From: Klebsormidium nitens
Taxonomy: Eukaryota > Plantae > Klebsormidiophyceae
NCBI GenBank assembly: GCA_000708835.1
Contig: DF237002.1
Coordinates: 156,291 to 220,290, forward strand
Direction of reading: 5' to 3'
Length of the DNA stretch: 64,000 bases
The notes below the pieces were generated by a model. It ran no database searches, had not been told where the DNA came from, and saw only the letters and a list, made by a program, of their open reading frames with translations. This document shows, in pieces, positions 23,669 through 35,900 of this stretch. How positions within the stretch are numbered: position 1 is the stretch's first letter; each line of letters begins with the position of its first letter. The translations under genes and the position numbers were made by a program.

Positions 23669-26600
23669 ATGGAGAAGGGCGGCAAGGCCCTGTCCACCTC
23701 AGAGTGGGAGCAAGTCATCTCCGACTTTGCCTCCTCAGAGGCGCTCCAGCAGCGATGGCTGGCGGCCTACCCTGCTCAGGCCCTCCTAGAGCTCGCTCTC
23801 AACATCGTAGCCAAGGAGCGAGGGGCAGACTTCAGTCTCAAGCAGCAGCTCCTCGTTTTCCTGGAGGAGCATGGCGCGCTGCTGATTGGCGATGACGTCA
23901 GCGCGGGGCTCGGGCGGGTATCTGGGGTGTTGAAAACCCTCCTTCCACCAGCGGGCAGCGGGTCACCACTAACCCAGGCCTTGCTAACCCAGGTTATCTC
24001 ACTAGCGGCGGTCCTGGCGGTGCAGACAGAGAGCCAGGAGAGCGCGCCGGGACAGCTCGAGGCCCTGGTCGATGTGCTACTAACTGTGGTTAGCCGGGTT
24101 AACTCGCTGCCTGACCGGCAGGTTAGGGGCGCTGCGTGCGAGGCCCTGCGGGGGCTTGAGCGAGCTGTGCCCTGTTTGCTGCACTCTGCGCTAGGGCACT
24201 TGCTCGGGTTTTGCCAGTCAGAGCGGTCTCATGTGGCTCAGAGCTACATCCTCCTCTTTCTGGAAGTCTTGGAACATGCGGCGGTGCACCTGTTTCACAG
24301 CGGGGGAGGGGAGAGACACGCAGAGCCAAAACGGGGCCGGTTAGCAGCACTGTCCGACCACGTCACGTCCTGGGTGCCGTCGTACTTTCGCTCAGGGGAG
24401 GTTCAGGGGCTTTCACCGCTTCAGGGGGGACAGAAACCAGGCGGCAATGGCCCCCCGTACCGACACACTAGCTCTGGGTCCCCTTCTGCGCTTCTCTCAA
24501 CGATCGCTCCCCTCACCCCATTCATGCTACCCCCCTTCCTGTCTGCCACAAAACCTTCACAGGGGTTCGCCAAGCAGGAGGTTTCAGAGGGCACGCTTAG
24601 AGAGTTCCGGCGCGCAGTCTCGTTTGTGCTGGAGAACACGGGACTTCTAAGCGAACCCGCAACCGCGCAGGTCGTCTCCAGCCTGACGCGCATCGTCTCC
24701 GCCGTCAAGCTCCCCGTGTCCATCTTCAAGCACCATTTCGCGGGGCTTATTCACAGCAGCAGCCCGGTGCTCATTCACACCGCCCTCCAAGTGTACCTCC
24801 AGTTCCCGGAAGCTTACGCCGACGCTAGCGAGCGCGCCGTTTTGCTTGACCGATTAGGCCACCTGGCAAACAACTCTCAGCAGCCCTTGAGTGCAAGACT
24901 GCTGTCCCTCCATTGGCTTCTAGCAATTGCGACGTCAACAGAGACTTCCGCAAAGCCCCCATCATTTCTGCCTCTCCTGCGCCCAGCGCTCTTCGACCCC
25001 CTGGCAGTAAAGGCCTCGATGCTCGAAGCCCTCGCCCTTGTGTCCCCCCCTCCAGTCAACACCGTTCAAAGTCAAACAGCCAAAACCCCTGTGGGACAAC
25101 CCTCCAACTCATCAGAAACCAAACCAGCATCAATCAGCGGTTTCTCTTCCAGTGCCCCCCTTTCTGCGGCAGATTTCGGAGTGGGCCCTGCCGCCAGCCT
25201 GGAGGCCTCAGTCGCTTTCCGAACCCTGCACCGTTTCATCACAAGCCAGCACGGCATTGCTCCCAAGGGATCCCCCTCAGTTCCGGACGATCTGGACAGC
25301 GGCCAAAACCTCCAAACCTCGTCGAACAGTCCAGTTTTGCAGCAAATTGGCGCGCACCTAGTTTCCATTGCTGCGCAGCACCCCCCTCAGATCCCCAACA
25401 TCCTGGCCCTCTTGCAGCGGCTCCTGCAGAGCCAAACCCACTCCCAAACCGGGGTTAACCTGCTGCGAACCCTGGAAAGCGCGCTTCTCCCCCAGCTTAA
25501 ACCCTCCCGGAACCTCCCAGCGTACTTTCCGCTTCTGCAAGAGATGGTGGCGCACGGTCAAGGAGATCCCAAACCTCTCCTAACCCTCCTGACGGGTTAC
25601 TGTAAGCAGTGGCTTTCAGCGGCGGGGTTTGAAACCGGGTTTGGCGCCCAGGCGTGGTTACGGGGCACAGAGGTGTTGGAGGTTTGTCGGAGCATGATGC
25701 TCGTGCAGCCACGTGACAAGATCTTGGAGCCGCTGAGAGAGTTGCTGGGCTGCATGGCGAAGGACTTTCCGGACATTGAAGTGCGGGACTCGGCCAGGTG
25801 AGGCGATGTTTTGAGAAGAATCACAAATGGTACATCAGGCTATTCAAGTCTTATCATGTAAGATGCCAGAATTTAAAACGCGGAGGAAGAATGTTTACAC
25901 TTAGGAAACGACAGTCTTTCCACAGCGTCCAATCTCATGAGGGGGCTGTTGGGTCACTATTCTGCTCTCTCTCTTGAGAGAGATTTATGCACCCGTTTCA
26001 GCTGACCGTGCCGTAGCAAAGTACCCTGCCGTCTGCTTTCATAAAGGTCCCATATTTACTCGCAACCGTTCAGGACAAGTACTTCTCAAGAGCATTCCCC
26101 TGACTCCCGCTGTCTTTAGTCATCAATATTGGGTGCATGCACGCTTATGCAGGCTGTACTCCTCGCTTCTTGGGAACCTGCCCGAGGAGCACCTGCGCTC
26201 GATGCTGACACGTGGCGAGAACGGCGGAGCCGACTCAGCGATGCTCCTGCGGACCACCTCCGTGACGCCGTCCGATCTCGAGCGGGAGGCCCCTCCGGAC
26301 GTTGCGTCCTACATCGTACTCGAGAGGCTGTTCGACCCTTTGGTAAGCAGCACGCAACACGAGAACGATCCCCGAAAACTTTTTGATGCGAAGATGCCTC
26401 TCGTAGCGGTCCCGAGACTGATCATCTTGAAAGTGGATCAACATGGTCAGGTAAAGCCGGTGTTGATTACGATGAAGAGAGGCAATTTGGTTAAGAACTT
26501 CCCTTTGATTGCTGGAGTATCCCAACGGCTTCCAGATCCCCGCATGTGAACGACGCGTCATACGGAGCAATTTATTTACCTTTCTGCTCCCGTCCCGTTC

Positions 26601-28281
26601 GTCCCTCCGAGAGAGCCAGAAGATCACCGTACTCCTTTACATCATCGTGCTCGGAGTGGATCCCGTTATATTGAAGCTTCGGAAAGGATACCCTTAGCAT
26701 AAGCGGCACGTTCCTTTTTGGCGCGCTGTTGGCCCCCTCAGATGCCGCTCGACCACTCCAACGAAAGTATCTAAGAGTGTTCTCTGACCCTTACTGCAGG
26801 GCGCACAGGCATGGCCGGCCAACCGAGCGCTGGAAGGCGGCCCCGTCGAGGCCGGGGCAGCGACAACCGGACGTACTGCTGACGTTGACCGCGCCAACGG
26901 AAGTGCGAGGGACGGACGAGTTGACGATGCGCGCTCTGGGAAAGGTGGCGTGCGATTGCAAACGCAGCCGGGGTCTTCAGCAGACACGAAAACGAGAGGA
27001 AAGGAAGCGTGGGGACGGGAGCAACATCGGGCGGGAACGAAGGGGGCTGGTCCTCTTAGGGATGGTCGGGAGGAAGTTCTTGAAGGTACAGTAGCTGAGG
27101 GAGTTTCGGCACCGCAAGTGTTTGGGGAGAATGGTACGGAGCGGAGTGCTTTGGACCGGTATTGGGAGGAAGTGGAGCGAGGGTCTGGAGACAGTGGAAC
27201 GGTCTGCGTTCCGTGCAGCCTCCGCTACTTAGGACGACCGGAAGCGGCTGGGCGGAACGGAACGGGAAGAGGGGCGGTCTCGACCTCAACCGACGGGGAA
27301 GAGCAAGCCACTGAGGGTGGCGTGGGCTCAGATGGGGGCCACGTGGCAGAAGGGCACAGGACGGTGGCTGGCGAAGAAGGAAAAGACATCCGGGATGAAC
27401 ATGTGGAGCGAGGGAAGGGTTTGGCCGAAGGAGCGACGGCGCCCTCAGCGATTTTCGCGGCAGTTTTGACCTTCTCGACGCCCGGAGAGTATGAACCAAT
27501 TGCGAGCGTCCACGTGCCCTTTCTGCTCGAGGAGAGCCATGAAGCGGAGCAGGGGGGTACATTCTCCCCGGAGAGCGTGCCCCCCGAAGTCGTTGAGATT
27601 GAGCTCCGGCCGATCCAGCCGCTGCCGGGCCAAGTCGAAAGCTGGATCGAGTTCACGGACGAAAACGCGCAGGCCGTCAAAGGCCGGCTGCAAACCATAC
27701 CCGTCGCCTTCGAGGACCTCTTCAAGGAGATTCCAATTCCTGCTGACGTGGCAGATGACGTGGCGTGGCGAGCGGCGCTGTTCGACGCGCTGTGGGCGGG
27801 GCTGGGGCATCCGAAGGGTTTGCGAGCGTCCCAAAAGGGGGACGCAATCGTTGGGGCGGAGTCCGTAAAGCTGTTAGAAGTGGACGCGGAGATTGTGGTG
27901 GAAGCTGTGGAGCAGCTCCTGGCAAGGTTCGTCACGGGAGTGACCGGGGAACGGCTGGTAGAGATTGTTCGCGAAGGGGGTGCAGTTTCCGGGGTGCGAT
28001 GGAACGGTCCTGAGCAGGAGAGTGGCCCCCCTGAAGAGAGAGCTGAGAGCGGTTCGCCTCAGTTGCAACTAGAGTGGGGAGAGAACGAGAAGGGGCAAAG
28101 GAGCGGCAGCGGCGGAGCACTGGGCTCGTTTGAGGTGCTCATATTCCTGCCGCCACGGTACCACCTGTTGATTAGCGTTGTGGTTTCGAACTGGTCCAGC
28201 CTTGCACACATACGGACAGACTTTTGGCCGTGCCTCGCGCACGTGGACGAGTTTCTGGAAGGCCTCGTGGGATTGGCTTAA
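23669..28281 (+). CDS. AP5B1: AP-5 complex subunit beta-1, about 1266 aa, 3 exons
   Basis: Exons 23669-25797, 26153-26342, 26800-28281 join in frame. The N-terminus (LSTSEWEQVISDF...SLKQQLLVFLEE), DIEVRDSARLYSSLL and the C-terminus (LIFLPPRYHLLI...HIRTDFWPCLAHVDEFLEGL) resemble plant AP5B1 as recalled; not database-checked. Confidence 0.88.
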
Positions 28282-29574
28282 CGACTTGCGCCGATGACAC
28301 GACCATGTATGACGTCACGGTCCAAGCATCCTCAATCCTGACATTGCTGCATAATACACTTGGCGATGGGATGCCGGAACGCGGGCAACCCAAGGATAAC
28401 ATCACAATTTACGTGTGTCAATCAAGCCTCTCAATTTCAAATAAGGCATGGTTGCTGGCTTGCAGCCGTATACAAACGTCCACTCAAAGCGTCTGCTGTC
28501 GGGCCTGCACATCTCCTAACTGATTCATCTCGTCACGCCCCCGCGTGTCTCGGTCACCCTTTGTCATGAGCATGCCTGCCGCACCACTCATGTGAATAAC
28601 TTGCGCCACGTCCACGCATCACAGAAGGACCATGAATGTGGTTGGAGTGCACAACAACATTGCGCCAACTCAGCGCCTTCACATGAGACTGACTTCAGGT
28701 CATCATCCAGCTGTCTAGAGTGCTTTACAGTACCGCCCTAACCACAGCCTTAGATTGAACAGAAGAAAGAATGAAGCCAGAGCCTTCATTCTTTCCCTCA
28801 TGTCATAGTTCGTCCCTAGACTAGGTGCCAGCTCCGGCACTTATTCAAATTATTGCATTTATGTCCTCACTCTAGTTACAAGCAGAGTAACTCGGACATA
28901 AATCAGACACGACACAATCTGACCTGACACTGCAAAAAGTGGCGGCCGGCCATGGCCGACGCAAGTGGGCGCACACTTTGATCGAATCCGGAGCATTCAC
29001 CGCTCACGCAGAAATTGGTGACCATCAACGTCAAGCAGCGTCAAGCATGCATGCGCGTATATAGTCGAGGATTAATGATGAATTTCTACACTAGCAACTT
29101 GTATCCTTCAAACAGGTTTGGAAAGCAAAGCTTCCACGATGAGCTAGCTTCAGTGGCATAATCTGAGGTTATGGTGACAAGATTGCAGTTGGTCCTCAGG
29201 CTCAAATCTCTTCGATTGATCACGCGTAGGTCTAGATGTCTAGACAAATCTGTTTAGCGGACTCAAGTATTGTACACGAACGCCCCGAGCAGCTCAATCA
29301 AAAATCCTAGCTGAAAATATGACGCGCTCCACACCCGCACCTGCCCGCACCCTCATTAACCAGCTACCCTTACCCCCCGCCGACTACCGTAACCACACCC
29401 GTCCCCAGTGCTTAGGTTATCTGGGTGCCGTGAAGACAAACCAAAGTTTTCAGCCTGCGCGCCTGCAGATTCAAGTCGGCTTTGTCTCAACGATCTTCAT
29501 CGAACGGTCGAGAATTGCTGAAACTTTGAGCTCGACCAGAAGTAGATCACACAGGATCCGATCACATTTCACAG

Positions 29575-31910
29575 GAGGAGCTTTTGAAGGCGCACAGTCG
29601 CCTCGCACAAGTTCCCTTCTCTGAGCTACCAACGCGGCCACCCTCCAAGAGGCGCTTGGATCCAAGCCGTCAAGATGGCGGTCGAGAGCGAGAGGCTGTC
29701 AATGTTGATATAAGATGGGTAGCCTCCCAGCGTAAGAATTTTCCTGGCATTGAGCACATCAATCATGCAAAGCTTACGGGATGACTGTAATCCAGACAAC
29801 CATCCTTGAGGCCAAAGAAACGGAAGCTATTGAGCACCTTTTCAAGATAGCACAGGTAAGATCTTCTGGTGAAAGTGGATAAGAAGCAGACATGGAAACG
29901 ATATCAAGTAATGGTCGGGTATACTGAGAGCTTTCTGTTGTCTGCAAAGCTTGGAAAGACTTTCTCCCTCTTTACAAGCTCAAAAGATCTCCTTTTCGAC
30001 TGCAGTTTCATCAGCTTTTGCCGGCCACCAAGTATGCGGCACTTTGCTTTCTTTCTGACCGTTTCTTCGAGCGTCTGAAGAAGGGCACTTCAGGGTGAGT
30101 CACTACGTGGAACATCCAGCTCAGCGGGCATGAAAGTTGTTCTGTCAAGAAAATGGAAAGATTGAAATAAGACAGAACGAGCGCGCTTGGCACAAGCAAG
30201 GTCTTAGTGAAGCCTCAAGAAGGGACAGACAGCTGATGGAGCAAATGGTCTATTTGTTTGCAGTTACGTGGAGCGTAATATCAGCAACCGGAGGCTTCTT
30301 CCCTCCAAATCAAACTTGAAGCTTTATGCAGTGATTGCCGTTTGGATTTCGAGCAAAGTACACGAGGCCAAGCCGATCCGTATCAGGTCTGGTATTATAT
30401 CAGGCCTAGTTATCCCTGTGGCAATGCGGGTCCATTCATCAAGCTCATCGCACACAGAGCATGGTATCTTGGTTCGAAACACCCCATTCTGCAAAGGGGT
30501 TCTGGTGAAGGAGGCCGTGAGAGCATCCTTACAGATGAGAAACGAGTATAAATCCAAGCTCTAACGAGTATGGTCGGATAGAATGCTAGTTTGTTCTCTG
30601 CAATTGACTCGAAAAGTGCCATCGAAATCGTCGCTTCTTAAGATGTTGACTCATTTACAGGACGATCAAGGATCTCTGCGACATGTCACTGCGGGATCAA
30701 CTTTATACAGAAGGGGACCTTGCAGAGGCGGTAAGGCTCGGAGGTTCTCCCGCCGTGAAATTCATTCCTGTTGAGAGCCGTGACTTCAAGTAGTCTGATA
30801 TTACCACTGCGCAAGATTCTCATATAGTACCCGGTGTATGCCCAATGGGAACCTAGAATGATTCCTCTGCCATAGAAATTAAGGTGTGATCAGGTAGTTG
30901 AGAGGCAAATTGACGTTGCAGCAAACTGTCATTCGTCTCCTCTGTTCTGTTCTTCCGTATTCTCCTACTTCTGACTTTCTATGTTTGTTTTGCTTCTTTG
31001 CACACGAATCCAGGAGATCGTCTTCCTAAAGGTGAGGTATAGTACTCCTCGTTTTCTCAACATCAACGCTGCCGCTAACTTTTGGAAACCCGCCTTCCAC
31101 TACAAATGCTGCAACCGTTCAGGTTTTGCCTTTGATGTGCTCTTGTATGTTCGACGTCAGATGAGCATTTCGAGGAGCTTTTTCAGGCTTAGAGTTCCTT
31201 GCAGACCATAGACTTTGAGCTCCAGACGGGCACCATCGCATACTTCTACCTCGAAGATCTGTTAGCCAATCTGCAAGACGTTTGCGACTTCGCGAAGGGA
31301 GTGAACCTCGAGACATGCAGCAACATTTTGGACCTACTTTATGAGAACCCGCAGTACCGTGGGTGTGAAGAAGACTCCGACTATGCTGCTGCAGCGATTC
31401 TGGTAATCCTTTCAACGTGATGGAATAGATACCAAACACTTGATTCTGGCGCACGAAGAAGTTCCTTACTTGGCGGACCCCTCTGATCTTCCAACACTGC
31501 GACCAGGACTCTGAGCTGTGCCAGAAGGATCTTACTAGAGCTTGTTCCTTCTTTACAGAGCAGCCTTGATTCTTTTCGCGCGCTCTACTTAATGGTGTTT
31601 TGGTTTTCGCAGGCCGCAGCCTACTACATCTGCCTTCCAGACCCGCTGACATCAAATTTTGCAATATTCCGTTGGCGTGAGTTCTCAAGTCGTCTCCGGT
31701 CTTTCACATCTGGCCTGAAGAGGTTCATAATATGTGCGTTGCAAGATCTTGTACGTTTTTTTAGTCGTTCTCTATGCAAGCGTGGAAGATTCAGCAGCCG
31801 GCCATGGCACTTTGGCCGTTTCGGAGCCTGAAAAACAAGTAGCTGCGACCTTCGTAGAAGAACCATGTTACCACGAATCAAAATCTCCGGTTCGTGTCCA
31901 AGATGAATAA
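29575..31910 (+). CDS. CYCJ18: Cyclin J18-like protein (5' and 3' ends uncertain)
   Basis: Exons 29796-29855, 30006-30094, 30264-30386, 30661-30730, 31014-31031, 31205-31402, 31613-31676 give EAIEHLFKIAQ/FHQLLPATKYAALCFLSDRF/SNLKLYAVIAVWISSKVHEAKP/DQLYTEGDLAEAEIVFLK/TIDFELQTGTIAYFYLEDLL..NLETCSNILDLLYE/AAAAILAAAYYI..FAIFRW. This is collinear with Arabidopsis CYCJ18 as recalled (ESNLQLFVLISIWISCK, DAELVFLK, IAYTRLEDLL, MDLLYE). The upstream exon 29575-29718, the start codon and the last exon are tentative. Confidence 0.78.
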
Positions 31911-32999
31911 TCTGGTAAAATTTGGAAAAGTGATGCAGATTTGTTGTGTTGTGACGACTTCTACTGGTTCACTTCGCAGTTGAAGAGGTGTGCATGATCA
32001 ATCAGCGAGAACTCCAACCCCTCGTCGAGGCCGTTCTCAACTGGAGCCTGACAGAAAGCCCTCATCCAGATTCACCGTTGTACATCGAGTATCGACAAGG
32101 ATGGAGGGCGGGTCATTCACCTCAAGTAAAGCGCAGTCGCTGATTACGTACAGAGCTAGACGGTCCGTTACAGGGTTTCATACATGCCAGCAAGATAAGA
32201 GAGAGGACTGCTAGCAGATTTCTATTTTACAAGCTAGCCGCCTGCCTTATTGCTTACTAAGTGCCACAGTTTCCAACAGATCCCATGCATGACCGCGCCG
32301 CGCTAGGCCACGTTCAGTGTCGGCATCTTCAGTGCCATGAGAAGATGCACATAACGTACGGCATCTTTAAGGTGCAGCGCCAGAGACGTTTCGAGTTAAT
32401 GCATCTGAGCTCCTCGGTCCGACATCAACTCCCGTGTCCTTTACATTCTCGTCATGCCCGATGAATGTGTAAGTGCGACGGTGGCGGCGCCTTAACTCCA
32501 ATTAGTCGAAAAGCTAGAGAAGATGTACGTTGGTCTGCAAGTGCATGGAACTGGCACTGATTGACCATACAGGAATGGTCATGACGTCACGCAGGAACAT
32601 GGTACCGGCGATTCGATCCACACTGCACTTAAGTCGGGGCTGGGCAGCCGGCCTTCAAAATAAGCCGTTCTGGCAATCCGAGATTCATGAATAGATGCAA
32701 AGCTGCTCACAATCGAGTTGTCACAAGACCCTAACCGTCCATTCGCTAATCGAATTCTCAGATCTACATCCTCGGTTGCATTATAGATTAGATCGCAGTC
32801 ACAGTCGACAGTCTTGAGAAGGTCTGGAGATGGAGCAGTACAGCGATCGATCGACGTGTGGCTCTAAAATGCTGTCGCCTAGCTAGCTCTCAGGTACTAA
32901 GCTGCGGTACATCAGACGAAATGCAGCCTCAAATCCGCAATAACCGATGGCAATAAATAAGCAGTTTCCTAAACCCCTCTGCAAAACACCTTCCCGTAC

Positions 33000-35900
33000 C
33001 TACAACGTGATCATTACCTGCTCGGATTCCTCTTGCCGGCCTGGCTCCCGGATCGAAAAAGTACTGGTCCCCAATGACTTCGTTGTCCCGCTTGGAGAGC
33101 CCCAGCCCTCAAGCCGCAGCGCATCTTTCAACCCGGTCACAACCGTCGACATGCTGGGCCGATCTTCCGGTAACTCCGCTAGACACTGCGCTATAAGATA
33201 CGCTACCGTGAAGGCGGACTGGTCTGTATACTGGCCCCGGATGCGGTCTTCGATAATGGCTGACGCCTGGTTTGACACCAGGTACTGCTTCGCCTGCAAC
33301 ACAAAGGAGAGCAGACGAGCATCTATTTAAGAGGGCAAAGGAAGTGGCAGATTGACCAGCCATTCCTGATTGCGTCCAGTCTCTTTTAGCTGTTGTTAGC
33401 TCGTAACTCGGACAGAATATCACGATGAAGACCTTGCAATTAGGCGAGGACTGAAGACTTCCATCATGATGTAGGCTCAAGCATCGGTTGGACTCTCCAG
33501 GCCCGTCTAAAATGGAAGTCAATTCATCTCTGTACGAGCAAGCTTAAGCTGTTACACTTTCAACCATGGCTTCTTGAAGAACTAGGTATTTGGCAGAGAA
33601 CCAATTGAGCTCACCCATCGAATGAGGTACACCTCGTTGGCCGGTCTCGTGGTATCCGTTACCCCTCGCCCCGTGATGAGCTCCAGCAGCACGACCCCAA
33701 ACGAGTACACATCGCTCTTGTCGGAGAGTTGCTGGGTGACGAGGTAATCGGGATCCAGGTATCCTGCACGCCGAACGTTACATCTTCAGTACCTCCCAAC
33801 TCGGCAGCTGAAGCATCTGAGAGGACGCCACCTTGATTAGGAAAAGCTCCGCCTCCGAAAGGGGACCAGGTAAATATAAGCGAAGGACCTCTCGTCTTTC
33901 CAGGTTATCGTCTTTCTAGGTTTACGTAAACGGCTGCACACCTCATCCGTCGAATCACAGCCGATCAAACATTGTCAGGGCATGGGCGTAAGAGACTGCG
34001 GCTGTTCACTAGTTGTCAGAATTGTCGTAGACGATCTGGACGTCAGCATGCTTCGTGCGTTTATCAATACTCCAAACCCGTTGAGTGCTCCTTGAGTAAC
34101 TGCCTAGTTACTACCTTCCCTCTTTCCAACCCTTGCCTAGAAATCTCAACTTTCGAAGCGCAAAACGGACTCGATCGAGCTGAAGGTGGGGTTCTCGAGC
34201 AGACCTCAGCGTTTTCAGATGCACGAATCAGGATCTCAGGCAGATACTAGCAGTCTCTTTCGAGCCGCAGCGCTCACCCGGCGTTCCGCGGATGGTGGTT
34301 GTGATGTGGTCCTGCGGCCCCAGGCGGTGCGCCATGGAGATGCCAAAGTCGGCCACCTTGGCCTCCAGCGCCGTGTTCAGCAGAATGTTGCTCGGCTTCA
34401 CGTCCCTGCGCAGGTAAAGGACCTCTCTTTCAGTGGTGGCTTTTTCGATTGTGGTAACCTCTCTTTTGCCCCTTGTTATAAGGAGCCTTCCTATGGCAAA
34501 AGGAACTTCCTTTACACGTCCTCTCTCCGGTACTCGTAACAGCGAAGCGCGGTATGAATCCTCTTCCTTCGCAAAACATCTTATTTTGTGGAGAAGGCCA
34601 GTTTGCATCTTTCGTCTTGCACATGTCCTGATCATCTCAAACCCCATCGAGCGAATTATGCCGGCGCTCTACAGCGGAGATCTGGACCCTGTCCTTCAAA
34701 CGGCTCAAGCGCATGACCGTCGACTGTGGTTCCAGCTCGCGCCGCTCGTCAAAATCGTCGGCAGATTGGCCGGTCGGCAATGTCGGCAGCAGATCGAATG
34801 GCTCAGATTGAGAGCGACAATCACCTGTGGATGATTGGTGGATCTGCTCCTTCGTGCAGATACGCCAGGCCCATTGCGGCGCCGAGCGCCACCTCTAGTC
34901 GCTGCCGCCAGGTTAGAGGTGGCCGCCCGTTGTCATCTGTATGGGAAATTCAAACGGGAATTGGAATCAGGGGTCGTAGGCTTCTTTTGAGTCTGATATT
35001 GTAGCATTCCTTCAATTGGGGCTGTACGTAGATCTCCAGAAAGCACCTGGACTTCACAGGAACACCTTCCGGGACGAGGCAGCGAGCGTCCATCTCAACT
35101 CAAAGCATGAGAGCACTGCCTTATTAGCACATCCAACGGCCGAGTCATCATATGATCAGTCATGCTTGAAGACGATAAGATGGCCAACCGACTTGCGTAA
35201 GCAACGATGGCAACAATCGCGCCGTGAACTGACCCCCTTGATAGGTAGCCCCAGCAAGATTCGTATATGTCCATCTAAGACAGAATATCAGGCTAAGCAG
35301 AATGGCTGCTGATCTATGTCGCAACTCGAACCACGGTAGCGTTAGCTTACGGGCGAGGTTGAATCGCAGGTTCCCCTGGGCCATGTATTCGTACACCAAA
35401 ATCTGCTCCTCCCGCTCCGTGCAGTAGCCCAGCAACTGGACCAAGTGCTGGTGATGCACTCTGCAACCACAACAGAAGAGAGGTTCAGGCGACTGAAAGA
35501 AATAGAGTCTAAAAACTGGCGGTTCAAGGAAGTTTCGATGCTTCGCGAAACTCCGGATATGAAAGAATCAGGCATACAGCGAGCAGAATCGTATGCGTGT
35601 GATGGTGGTCACCAAACGGCCATTTCGCAAAGCGGCCGGCTCCGCCAAAGATGCATGAGGAAGAAAAGTTACACTAGCTTTTTCTTCTTAGCTCAAATCC
35701 TCCAGATTGGGAGAGTAAGTCCAAAGTTGTTGAATAAATACCCAACTCTGGGAATCAAAGCTATATTTCACGAGAGAAACTTTAGTCTTCCTAAAATGCG
35801 ACTCACCTGGAGAGTAGGTCCACCTCGTTCCGGAACTCCCGCACCTCCTTCGCGGACCGCTCGCGGCAGCGCTTCACCGCGGCTTGGGACCCGTCCGCGA

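Noticed and set aside
27056-27935. Antisense ORFs of 168-236 aa over AP5B1 exon 3
   Set aside because: Mirror of a GC-rich coding exon with low-complexity translation.
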